Made by a program: the position numbers and the translations under genes. DNA of 63,759 nucleotides, the filler included, from Candidatus Nanoarchaeia archaeon (GTDB lineage Archaea; Nanobdellota; Nanobdellia; Woesearchaeales; DATDTY01), in the NCBI GenBank assembly GCA_035290625.1. It is 5 parts of 5 records of this genome, joined end to end, with 100 filler letters (N's around TTAATTAATTAA, not from the genome) between each part and the next. Parts side by side here need not be neighbours in the genome. Positions count along the whole stretch, not along the records: positions 28,875 to 47,511 come from DATDTY010000052.1; positions 47,612 to 53,067 come from DATDTY010000057.1; 3 more parts are not named here. One strand, written 5' to 3'. Below are positions 40,958-49,431 of the stretch, piece by piece. The notes below the pieces were generated by a model. The model searched no databases. It had not been told where the DNA came from and worked only from the letters and a program-made list of their open reading frames with translations. The stretch's first letter is position 1; each line of letters opens with the position of its first letter.

Positions 40958-41119
40958 CAAATTCCCCCCTCTATTCCTGAAAAAACAAGAGTAAATAAAC
41001 TTTTTGGAATTTCAGAACTCTGAACAGACACCTATTTTTGTGTGTTTAATAAGTAGTATGTATAATAATATCTTATTTATGTATAAATTTATACAAACTT
41101 TGTATCACATTAATTCCAA

Positions 41120-41415
41120 AAATGCCGGTTTTTTTGCAGCGCATACTTCAAATCGCATGCACCAGTCCTTATGTTGTTGCTATTATCCTGCTGCGCTTCC
41201 ATCCCACGAGCTTAGGGCTGCCCAGTCGTCAAAGAAATCTTTCCCTGATAATAACTCTCGCCTATTTGACACGGCTGATGCTGAGATGCGCAATCTTTCT
41301 CGCCTGATACATTGTCCAGCCCTCGTTTTTCCTTCGGATCGTTTCCACGAGCTTCCCTTGTGAGTTTCATGCATGGAAGAAACTCACCGTAGGGAAATAG
41401 TTTCGGGATAACACA
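41120..41415 (-). pseudogene. Decayed IS481-like copy (frameshifted transposase 5' part)
   Basis: Reverse complement starts TGTGTTATCCCGAAACTATTTCCCTACGGTGAGTT like 28635/47375; frameshift after MKLTR; inner boundary approximate. Confidence 0.65.
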
Positions 41416-41465
41416 AACTCCAAGGATACACAACGCTTATATAATCTATTTCCCCTGAACTCCTC

Positions 41466-42041
41466 ATGCCTGAATTCGACCCTCATGAGGTAAGAGACAA
41501 GTTCCACAATGCCCTGAAGGAGCTTAAGCAGTATATTGCCCTTGCTATTGTTGCTGCTCCGAAATATCAGCAGACCAACATGCAGATCATCAAGGAATTG
41601 ACAGAAACAAACGCAATTCCGGGGGTTTATGTCACCCTCAACAAGCCATACGCCAATCTAAAAACCGAGTTTGAGGCAGATCGCATTGACACCCGGATGA
41701 TCATCTTTATCGATGCAGTGACTGAGACAGCAGGCGGAAAGACAGAAAAGACTGAAAGCTGCCTCTTTATCGGCTCTCCCCAGAACCTTTCAGACATCTC
41801 AATCGCAATGGACCAGGCTGTAAGGGCAGTTCCAGGAAAGGAAAAGTTTTTATTCTTCGATTCCCTGAATACGCTCTTGATCTACAATGCAGTAGGCACT
41901 GTCGCAAGATTCATCCATTTCCTCGCAACCAAGATGCGCGTCTGGGGCGTCAAAGGCATCATCATCTCGCTCCAGAAGGAATCAAATAAAGAGCTGATTG
42001 ACGAGATCGAGCAGCTCTGCGACAGGAGGATTGATTTTTGA
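41466..42041 (+). CDS. Inactive KaiC/RecA-like ATPase-fold protein (DUF835/DUF7504-like)
   Basis: GVYVTLNKPY, FIDAVT, FFDSLNTLLIYN; no Walker A. Confidence 0.65.
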   Translation: MPEFDPHEVRDKFHNALKELKQYIALAIVAAPKYQQTNMQIIKELTETNAIPGVYVTLNKPYANLKTEFEADRIDTRMIIFIDAVTETAGGKTEKTESCLFIGSPQNLSDISIAMDQAVRAVPGKEKFLFFDSLNTLLIYNAVGTVARFIHFLATKMRVWGVKGIIISLQKESNKELIDEIEQLCDRRIDF

Positions 42042-42170
42042 AGCCTGGGCGCATCGAAGAACCAATCAAAAGATAAAAAGATAATTACCGCAGTGATCAA
42101 TCAATCGTAAACCAATACGGCAAAAAAGATTAAAAAACAAGAATCAAAACGAGGCAAACAACCACGCAGC

Positions 42171-42605
42171 ATGATACCCGACATTCTCAAAATCCTGTTC
42201 GCAATCATAGCCATCATCTCTGGCCTTACTGCCCTGATGCTTTTCGTTGTCAACTTCGAGCTCGTCATAGCCCTGTTAACCATTACCTTCGGCATCACAG
42301 CAATCTTCTGGACTTTGCGTGCGCGATCCTCCCTGTCGATAGGCTCCTCCCTGAGGGAATACACAACCTACTTCCTGCTCTGCGTCATCTTCCTGATGCT
42401 GTTTTCTGTTTGGAATGTATCGATATTCCTCTTTGACCTGAAGGGAGTATGGATCCTTCCGCAGTACTTCTTTGTCTCCCTCACGTATCTTGTCTTTGTA
42501 TTTACTTCTTATAAGATCCTTTATCTTGGCAAGGAATTCGGCTTCGGCAGCCAGAGAAAGGTTATTGAGCAGGCAATGAACGAGAAGAAAAAGAGGAAGC
42601 CCTGA
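42171..42605 (+). CDS. Membrane protein (possible sensor partner)
   Basis: 4-5 TM, GKEFGF tail. Confidence 0.55.
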   Translation: MIPDILKILFAIIAIISGLTALMLFVVNFELVIALLTITFGITAIFWTLRARSSLSIGSSLREYTTYFLLCVIFLMLFSVWNVSIFLFDLKGVWILPQYFFVSLTYLVFVFTSYKILYLGKEFGFGSQRKVIEQAMNEKKKRKP

Positions 42606-42625
42606 CACCTCACCTGCCTGACATC

Positions 42626-42662
42626 TTGCAAAAAGGCGGCAACGCCGACTTTCTGCTGAGCC
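42626..42662 (-). repeat. Truncated 5' fragment (H) of the MITE/guide-RNA family
   Basis: Reverse complement GGCTCAGCAGAAAGTCGGCGTTGCCGCCTTTTTGC, near-identical to the 5' end of B; first G overlaps the PMM stop codon. Confidence 0.7.
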
Positions 42663-44065
42663 TATACCATGCCCCCTATAATCGCGCTCACTTCTTTCTT
42701 CTTAGAAACCATCTTTGCCTGAGACTTCGCCTCAAGATTCAGCCTTACAAGCGGCTCGGTGTTTGATGCCCGGAGATTAAACCACCAATCTTTATATTCA
42801 ATCGTGATGCCGTCAAGCTCAAGGATACGGGCGTCATGGTAGGCCTTCTTTATTTTCGCAAAGAGCCTCGCTTTATCGATATTCTTAAAATTCAGCTCTC
42901 CGGTCACAAAATAATTATTGAAGAATGGAGCCAGCAGCTCTGAGAGTTTTTTCCCAGTTGAACTCATAAGTTTCAGAATCTGGATTGCAGCAAGATACGA
43001 GTCCTCTGCATAGTAGTTGCCCAAATCGTAATAGTAATGTCCGGTGACCTCCCCGGCAAACTTTGCCTTTTCCTTCCGCATCCGTGCCTTGATAAATGAA
43101 TGGCCAACGCGATTCATGACGGGTTTTCCTCCATTCCTGAGGATTGTATCCTTGACAAACCAGCTTGCGCGCAGATCGTACACAATCGCTGATCTCGGAA
43201 ACTTCTTAAGGCTCATCTCCGCAAGCAAGCCTGTGATTACGTCTCCCTGGACAAACCTCCCTTTCTCATCGCAGAAGAAAACCCTGTCTGTATCTCCGTC
43301 CCATGCAATGCCGAGATCCGCCTTCTCTTCCTTAACCTTAGCAATCCACTTCTTCCGGTTCTTTGCTATGAGGGGATTCGGCTCATGGTCAGGAAATCTT
43401 CCATCCACCTCCCAGCACATGGGCACAATATCGAGCTGGCTTTTCTTGAAGAGTTCCGGAACAATCATCCCCCCCATGCCATTTGCAGTATCCATCACAA
43501 CCTTTAGCTTCTTTATGGTTTTCAGAGGCTCAATTGACAATGTAAAGTCAATAAACTCCTTCAAAATCCCTTTCCGTTCCCTGATGTTTCCCTTCTTCTG
43601 GATACTCTGGATACGTTTCGTCTTGGAAGGTGCAAATCCCTCGATGATCTTCCTCAATTCTTGGATCTCCTTGTCAAGGATCGGGATAGCGTTCTTCCTT
43701 ACAAATTTCATGCCGTTGTACTGCTTGGGGTTATGAGAGGCAGTGATCATTGCCCCAACATCGCAGGGGTATTTCGAACTTGCAAAATAGAACATATCCG
43801 TGCTTGCCAGTCCAATATCCAGCACATCTGCCCCCGATGCGGTGACTCCTCTGACAAATGCCTCGTGCAATGCAGGCGAGCTTAGCCGGGCATCCCTGCC
43901 CACAAGAACCGTCTTCGCCTTGGCAAATGCAACCAGCGCCTTGCCAATAAGGTATGCGTCATCTGTGCAAATCTCAGAGGGATAGACGCCTCTGATGTCA
44001 TATGCCCTAAAGATGCCCGTATTCGGTTTGCGGCTGCTCTTTGATGTGCTACTTGATCGGTCCAA
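42662..44065 (-). CDS. Phosphomannomutase/phosphoglucomutase (start uncertain)
   Basis: FRAYDIRG, TASHNP, DGDTDR, GEVTGH, RASNTEP. Confidence 0.92.
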   Translation of the reverse strand: MDRSSSTSKSSRKPNTGIFRAYDIRGVYPSEICTDDAYLIGKALVAFAKAKTVLVGRDARLSSPALHEAFVRGVTASGADVLDIGLASTDMFYFASSKYPCDVGAMITASHNPKQYNGMKFVRKNAIPILDKEIQELRKIIEGFAPSKTKRIQSIQKKGNIRERKGILKEFIDFTLSIEPLKTIKKLKVVMDTANGMGGMIVPELFKKSQLDIVPMCWEVDGRFPDHEPNPLIAKNRKKWIAKVKEEKADLGIAWDGDTDRVFFCDEKGRFVQGDVITGLLAEMSLKKFPRSAIVYDLRASWFVKDTILRNGGKPVMNRVGHSFIKARMRKEKAKFAGEVTGHYYYDLGNYYAEDSYLAAIQILKLMSSTGKKLSELLAPFFNNYFVTGELNFKNIDKARLFAKIKKAYHDARILELDGITIEYKDWWFNLRASNTEPLVRLNLEAKSQAKMVSKKKEVSAIIGGMV

Positions 44066-44894
44066 TGCCCTTCCACTCCTTTAATGCTTTTTCATAGCGC
44101 TTCATATTTCCTGTATCCATCCACTGGCCTGAGAACGGGTAGCCGAACAGTTTTCCTCTCTTGGCAAGCTTTGGGAAGACATCTTTTTCAAACATGGCAA
44201 ACCCTTTTGGGATGATGTCAATCACTTCAGGCTCCAGGATGTACAATCCGGAATTGATCAGGTTTGAAGGCGCCTTGTCCTTAGGAGGCTTCTCGACAAA
44301 CTCCAGGATCCTGCTTCCGTCGAGTTTCGCAACTCCGTACTCACTTGGATTATCAACAGTTGTTAATGCAATGGTTGCAGCTGCCTTATTGGACTTATGC
44401 GCCCGGTACATCTCTTCTAAGTCGATATCCTTAAGTTCGTCTCCATTTGAAACGACGAAGCTGGAATCAAACATGCCCTTGGCCAGCCGCAGCGGGCCGG
44501 CAGTCCCTAAAGGCTCTTCTTCCTCTACATACTCAATGGAAACCCCAAAACTTGATCCGTCCTTGAAGTAATTCCTGATCTTCTCCTTCATATGGCCGAC
44601 AGCCATCACAATGTTGGTGATGTTGTGCCTCTTGCAGAGGTCAAACAGATGCTCAGTCAATGTCCTGCCCTGGATCGGGATCAGCGCCTTGGGGATTTCG
44701 TAGGTGATTGGCCGGAGCCGTGTTCCTTTGCCTCCTGCCAATATGACAAATTTCTGCGGCGCATGCTGGCCCATGCCCCGAAGCAGGCTCAGCTCCACAG
44801 CGTGGCTCCTGTTTTTTATCGTGTGCCCATCAACCTGGCTGTCAATCTTTGCAAGAAGCTCTGCATCCAATGTTAAGGTAACTCTTTCTTTCAT
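44049..44894 (-). CDS. Sugar-phosphate nucleotidyltransferase with N-terminal RHH (CopG-like) domain
   Basis: ERVTLTLD..NRSHAVE then LAGGKGTRLRP..PK, EPLGTAG, WMDTG. Confidence 0.85.
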   Translation of the reverse strand: MKERVTLTLDAELLAKIDSQVDGHTIKNRSHAVELSLLRGMGQHAPQKFVILAGGKGTRLRPITYEIPKALIPIQGRTLTEHLFDLCKRHNITNIVMAVGHMKEKIRNYFKDGSSFGVSIEYVEEEEPLGTAGPLRLAKGMFDSSFVVSNGDELKDIDLEEMYRAHKSNKAAATIALTTVDNPSEYGVAKLDGSRILEFVEKPPKDKAPSNLINSGLYILEPEVIDIIPKGFAMFEKDVFPKLAKRGKLFGYPFSGQWMDTGNMKRYEKALKEWKGIGPIK

Positions 44895-44896
44895 CG

Positions 44897-45193
44897 TCAA
44901 TGGTAGCCAACAGGCTCTCGCAACCCCTCTCTGCTATCCCTCAAACAAGCAACTGCCATCTGTTCGATAAGCGGAAACTCTTTGAGCGGATTTGATGTGC
45001 TGGTCTGCTCCAGAAGATATTGCCTATACTCACGGCAGGCATGCGCGAACGCATCCTCCGAAGGCTGGCCCCATCGGTGCGCATAGACCTCGAGATCTCT
45101 TGAAACTTCCCTTGAGAGGGCAACCCTGTTGTCTTCAAGCATGGCAAAGCGAAATGCCCCTGCTCTTTTTAAGCCTTTTGATTTGTATGACAA
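44897..45193 (-). CDS. Hypothetical protein (true start probably ~45142)
   Basis: Short ORF abutting the nucleotidyltransferase. Confidence 0.35.
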   Translation of the reverse strand: MSYKSKGLKRAGAFRFAMLEDNRVALSREVSRDLEVYAHRWGQPSEDAFAHACREYRQYLLEQTSTSNPLKEFPLIEQMAVACLRDSREGLREPVGYH

Positions 45194-45264
45194 AGTATGA
45201 TGCTCTCTGCCATGCGAAGAAAAAGATAAAACTTATATACTTCCTGCCTCTGGAAAAATTCCAG

Positions 45265-45600
45265 ATGCCTGAAACCCCCGCCGAAATCAAGTTGGGAAAA
45301 AAGATCCTCCTCACCGGCTTTGGCATTGAGGCAGACTTTCCTCTTCTGAAAAAGCTCATCGCTAGCCATGTAGCCAAATACCAGAAAATGCTCAAGGATT
45401 TCGACCGCATTAGCCTGAGGCTGAAGCCTATCCACCATATCGAGCATGGCGGCAAGTTTGAGCTCACTGGCGATCTGTTTGCTGATGGAAAGGTCTACTC
45501 AGCATCGGCTGTCGGAAAGAATCCCTTTGAATTAGCTGCTGCTGTTCTCAAGAAAATCGATGCAGAGATTGCGCATCACAGGAGGCTGCATGGACAGTAG
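45265..45600 (+). CDS. HPF/RaiA-like ribosome-associated domain protein
   Basis: Pattern ISLRLK..KFELTGDL..YSASAVGKNPFELAAAVLKKIDAEI resembles the S30AE fold. Confidence 0.45.
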   Translation: MPETPAEIKLGKKILLTGFGIEADFPLLKKLIASHVAKYQKMLKDFDRISLRLKPIHHIEHGGKFELTGDLFADGKVYSASAVGKNPFELAAAVLKKIDAEIAHHRRLHGQ

Positions 45601-46012
45601 GCTGGACAGCGGACACTGCCACGATGCCTTGGTACACAGGCTTCGGTCTTTTGGGTTATTGGAGGACGCTAGTATCTCCCACCAGGCCGCGCTGCACTGT
45701 AATTACATGGCAGCCATGAACCAAGAAGTTGAAGCCCCTCCCCATCTTCTTGGAGAAGCATGCCATCAAACAGTTCTGGTGACCTCTATTGCAGAGCAGT
45801 CAGTGGATCAGGCTGTTGATGGAATCCTATCAGAACTGACCAGAAAAAATCCGCAGCTGTTTAATCCAAAAGACACCATCGACCATGAAATCACTCGGGT
45901 AGGGGTAGGAATAAAGATAGGCCAAGAGACCTATGGCCGCAGGCAAGCATACATTACTGTCCGATTGGCAATAGATACTTCATACCTCTATCCGGAAGTT
46001 CTGTTTGGCTGA
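45590..46012 (+). CDS. Hypothetical protein, possibly CAP/SCP-like
   Basis: GGAGG RBS; AALHCNYMA..ITRVGVGI..YITVRL. Confidence 0.45.
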   Translation: MDSRLDSGHCHDALVHRLRSFGLLEDASISHQAALHCNYMAAMNQEVEAPPHLLGEACHQTVLVTSIAEQSVDQAVDGILSELTRKNPQLFNPKDTIDHEITRVGVGIKIGQETYGRRQAYITVRLAIDTSYLYPEVLFG

Positions 46013-46042
46013 CTCTTTGTGCCCTCTCTTTTCGTACCGATC

Positions 46043-46057
46043 GGCTCCGGTGAAAAT
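46043..46057 (+). repeat. Solo TIR of the MITE family
   Basis: GGCTCCGGTGAAAAT, hybrid of the D and G TIRs, just downstream of a + strand stop. Confidence 0.45.
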
Positions 46058-46099
46058 TTGAAGTAACCTTTAAATAATACCCCAGTCTCTGGAAAGGCG

Positions 46100-46795
46100 A
46101 TGAAAGTCAGGATTATCTCAAAGTCCGCTCAAGCCAGGAAAAAATTCCAAAAAGCGTTGCAGGCAGGCGGGATCAAGGAATCCAATAGGCCGGATATCAT
46201 CATTTCACTGGGCGGAGACGGAACATTCCTGTACGCAGAGCGTAAATATCCCGGAATCCCAAAATTCCTCTATCGTGATCAAAGCATCTGCAATACCTGT
46301 TCCAATGCAGATGTTGTCGAAATGGTAAAGCTCCTCAAAGATGGAGACTACACAATAGATTCCCATAAGAAAATCAGGGCAACCCTGAAAGGGAAATCCT
46401 GGCTTGCAGTCAACGACATCATCCTCAGAAACGAAAAGCCGAATGAGGCGATCCGCTTTTCTGTTTTCATCAATGGAAAAGAGCAGTATCCAAATATGAT
46501 CGGAGACGGCATTGTGGTTGCTACGCCCTTTGGCTCCGCAGCCTACTTCAAATCCATCACCAAATGGTCCTTTGGCAAAGGGTTGGGCATCGCATTCAAT
46601 AATGTGACATCTGACCAGCCCTCAGTCGTCGTCCAGGATTCTGCTCGTATCACCTTCAGGCTTGATCGGGGATCGGCATGCCTGGCCGCAGACAACAACC
46701 CCTCCATCGCCAGGCTCAGCCAAGGAGACAGTGTCAAAATACAGCCCACAAATCATACTGCCTCTATCATACGGACAAAATGGGAATTCAGGTGA
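46100..46795 (+). CDS. NAD kinase
   Basis: LGGDGTFL, VND, GDGIVVATPFGSAAY. Confidence 0.88.
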   Translation: MKVRIISKSAQARKKFQKALQAGGIKESNRPDIIISLGGDGTFLYAERKYPGIPKFLYRDQSICNTCSNADVVEMVKLLKDGDYTIDSHKKIRATLKGKSWLAVNDIILRNEKPNEAIRFSVFINGKEQYPNMIGDGIVVATPFGSAAYFKSITKWSFGKGLGIAFNNVTSDQPSVVVQDSARITFRLDRGSACLAADNNPSIARLSQGDSVKIQPTNHTASIIRTKWEFR

Positions 46796-46799
46796 TGAA

Positions 46800-47360
46800 A
46801 TGAAAAACCAGCATAAAAACCAGCGGGTAGGAGTCTTTATAGATGTGCAGAATATGTATTATTCTGCAAGGCAGCTGTTTGATTCAAAGGTGAACTTTGC
46901 AGGCATTCTGAAAACAGCTACGCAGGGAAGGCAGCTGATCCGTGCAATTGCGTACGTGATCAAGGCAGATATTGGAGAGGAAAAGCCGTTTTTTGAGGCT
47001 CTGGAGCACATTGGCTATGAGCTCAGATCAAAAGACCTCCAGGTATTCCTTGGAGGGGCAAAAAAGGGAGATTGGGATGTTGGCATCGCCATGGACATCA
47101 TGCGTCTTGCATCCAAGCTCGATGTTGTTGTCCTGGTATCCGGAGACGGAGATTTCAAAGACCTTGTGGAGCATGCCAAAGCCCTTGGCTGCAAGGCAGA
47201 AGTCATCTCCTTTGCCCGAACCACGTCCTCAAGGCTCCGGGAGGTTGCGGATCTCTTCACCGACATGGAAAAAGACAAGAGCAAATACCTCATTGCGCGA
47301 AAATCTCCCCGGAAGGTGGAAGTGCCTGCCGATCCCAAACCGGCTTCGGTGAAAATGTAG
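46800..47360 (+). CDS. NYN-domain (LabA/DUF88) protein
   Basis: FIDVQNMY, KGDWDVGIAMD, VSGDGDF. Confidence 0.88.
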   Translation: MKNQHKNQRVGVFIDVQNMYYSARQLFDSKVNFAGILKTATQGRQLIRAIAYVIKADIGEEKPFFEALEHIGYELRSKDLQVFLGGAKKGDWDVGIAMDIMRLASKLDVVVLVSGDGDFKDLVEHAKALGCKAEVISFARTTSSRLREVADLFTDMEKDKSKYLIARKSPRKVEVPADPKPASVKM

Positions 47361-47366
47361 TTGCCG
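47342..47366 (+). repeat. Truncated 5' fragment (G) of the MITE family, followed by an IS481-like end
   Basis: GGCTTCGGTGAAAATGTAGTTGCCG matches the 5' end of C (GGCTTCCCTGAAAATGTAGTTGCCG); flanked by CCCAAACC repeats; supplies the NYN stop. Confidence 0.65.
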
Positions 47367-47374
47367 CCCAAACC

Positions 47375-47511
47375 TGTCTTATCCCGAAACTATTTCCCTA
47401 CGGTGAGTTACATTGGAGCATGAAACTCACCAGAGGGAAGCTTATGGAGACCATAAGGCGCAAGAATGATGGCTGGACAACCTATCAAGCGAGGAAAATA
47501 GCCCGTGTTAG
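47375..47511 (+). mobile_element. IS481-like element left end, cut by gap
   Basis: Identical to 28635-28771. Confidence 0.65.
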
Positions 47512-47620
47512 NNNNNNNNNNNNNNNNNNNNNNNNNNNNNNNNNNNNNNNNNNNNTTAATTAATTAANNNNNNNNNNNNNNNNNNNNNNNNNNNNNNNNN
47601 NNNNNNNNNNNGGTGTTTTC

Positions 47621-47869
47621 ATGAAAAAAGCTCAAGGCTTGCCATTGAACGCAATCGTCATAGCAGCATTAGTCTTGATAGTCCTGGTTGTTTTGATACT
47701 TGTTTTTACAGGAAGGATTGGAAGTTTTGTAGGCGGAGTTCAGAATTGTGAAGCCCAAGGTGGGAGTTGTAAAGCTTCTTGTGACCCAACAGAAGCGCCT
47801 CTCGGAGACCGAGACCAAACAAGCTGCGGCGCTACTGCTGTATGTTGCATCCCAACCCCAACTGGATAA
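47621..47869 (+). CDS. Class III signal-peptide pilin-like protein
   Basis: MKKAQ|GLPLNAIVIAALVLIVL; Cys-rich C-terminus. Confidence 0.8.
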   Translation: MKKAQGLPLNAIVIAALVLIVLVVLILVFTGRIGSFVGGVQNCEAQGGSCKASCDPTEAPLGDRDQTSCGATAVCCIPTPTG

Positions 47870-47893
47870 GGAACTGCGAGATTACAAAAAATT

Positions 47894-48187
47894 ATGAAAA
47901 AAGCCCAAGGACTTCCGCTCAATGCAATCGTCATAGCAGCCCTAGTGCTCATAGTCCTTGTGGTTCTTATTCTCATTTTTACAGGGAGGATTGGAGGCTT
48001 CAGCTCTGGAACTCAGGTAGCTGTTGCAGAGTCATGCCTTGCAAGAAACAGCCAGGACACTGCCAATACCTATACATGCGAGGTCGCTACCCAGTGTACT
48101 AATGAAGGCTTCACTAACTTAGGAGAAACAAAAGACTGCAAACTCCTTGACAAGATTTGCTGCCGGGTCTCGCGTAGTGCTGAATAA
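47894..48187 (+). CDS. Class III signal-peptide pilin-like protein, paralog
   Basis: Same N-terminal 34 aa (1 change); different Cys-rich C-terminus. Confidence 0.8.
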   Translation: MKKAQGLPLNAIVIAALVLIVLVVLILIFTGRIGGFSSGTQVAVAESCLARNSQDTANTYTCEVATQCTNEGFTNLGETKDCKLLDKICCRVSRSAE

Positions 48188-48249
48188 ATCAACTCTAATC
48201 CAGTTTCCCCACCGCAACCTATAAATACCCTCTTTCTTCAAAGCAGTTT

Positions 48250-48369
48250 ATGAAAAAAGGAGCAGTCCAGGTTACCTTTGAAACCCTTGTCTATGCTATC
48301 CTGATCATCGTTCTCATCGCAGTCATAGGCATTGCGATCAACACTGCTGTCCAGAGGTTCTTTCCATGA
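48250..48369 (+). CDS. Mini pilin-like protein (39 aa); not in ORF track
   Basis: MKKGAVQVTFETLVYAILIIVLIAVIGIAINTAVQRFFP; stop overlaps next ATG. Confidence 0.65.
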   Translation: MKKGAVQVTFETLVYAILIIVLIAVIGIAINTAVQRFFP

Positions 48370-49274
48370 AAGGAGCCCTCGCGCCAGAAACCTTGACAGT
48401 GATCATCATCCTTCTTGTAGCCCTTGTTATTCTTTTATGGGGAGGAAGCGCCTTTGGCGACGTCCTTAAAGGAGCAGCAGGAAAAAGCCAGTGCTCATGG
48501 TCATTCTTCCTCTCTTCAGAGACCCGCTTTCTGGGAGTCGCAGGAATCCCTCCAGAATGCGAGATGAAAAAAACAACAATAACCTGGGCTGGCCTTGAGG
48601 CAGGCACAGCCAATGCAAGGAGCCGGATACAGTTCTTTGAAAGAAACCCAGAATTTCAGGATTATGCAAGCTACTTTATAGAAAACAAAAACAAAGAGCA
48701 CATCCTTGAGGAATATGTCCTCGACGAGATTATCGCAAATGAGATGAAGGGCTGCACAGATAAAGTCCTCAACTACAAGTTCCCCTTATTTGATGAGTGG
48801 TGGAAGCTCTGGAAATGGGAAGGAACTCCTCCTGAAACAACGATCCAGGCATTAACGCAATGGATCCCAAGATACAACAAGCCTCCGGTCTTTTGCGTAG
48901 TCTGCGCAAGATACCTCTTTGATGAGGAAGTCCAGCAAAACCTCAATCAGCCAATAGCCTCACTGCCAAGCTTTATGCTCTCAAATCCAGCTCCTTATGA
49001 CCAGAAAAACAGGAATTATCTTGATTACATCACTGATTCAGAAAGCTCAGGCTATTTCACTCCAGCCTACCAATTCGACACCCAAAAGCCATGGGCAGTT
49101 GTCTATGCCAGAGTAAACACATTAAAAGGGTTCACCTGGGCTGCAAATGCTGTCAACACGATCACGTGGCCAATAACCCCGGTCGTCAGCGAAGAAACGA
49201 TCCAGCCTCTCAACACCATGAACCTTATTCCTTATAATGATGTATCAAGCATCTGCAATTACGCAATATCATGA
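48366..49274 (+). CDS. Pilin-like protein with class III-type N-terminus
   Basis: MKGALAPETLTVIIILLVALVILL; paired Cys (C.WS..C; C..C). Confidence 0.65.
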   Translation: MKGALAPETLTVIIILLVALVILLWGGSAFGDVLKGAAGKSQCSWSFFLSSETRFLGVAGIPPECEMKKTTITWAGLEAGTANARSRIQFFERNPEFQDYASYFIENKNKEHILEEYVLDEIIANEMKGCTDKVLNYKFPLFDEWWKLWKWEGTPPETTIQALTQWIPRYNKPPVFCVVCARYLFDEEVQQNLNQPIASLPSFMLSNPAPYDQKNRNYLDYITDSESSGYFTPAYQFDTQKPWAVVYARVNTLKGFTWAANAVNTITWPITPVVSEETIQPLNTMNLIPYNDVSSICNYAIS

Positions 49275-49278
49275 CACC

Positions 49279-49431
49279 ATGAGCAGATTCAAAAAAGCCT
49301 CCATCGGTTGGGACCACATCATTGCCATGATTATAGGCCTCCTTGTCATCATCGTCCTCATCTTTATTGCCATAAAATCAAAAGACAAGCTTGCTGAGAT
49401 CTTCAGCCAGATAAAGCAATGGTTTACCTGA
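49279..49431 (+). CDS. Mini pilin-like protein (50 aa)
   Basis: MSRFKKASIGWDHIIAMIIGLLVIIVLIF. Confidence 0.65.
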   Translation: MSRFKKASIGWDHIIAMIIGLLVIIVLIFIAIKSKDKLAEIFSQIKQWFT

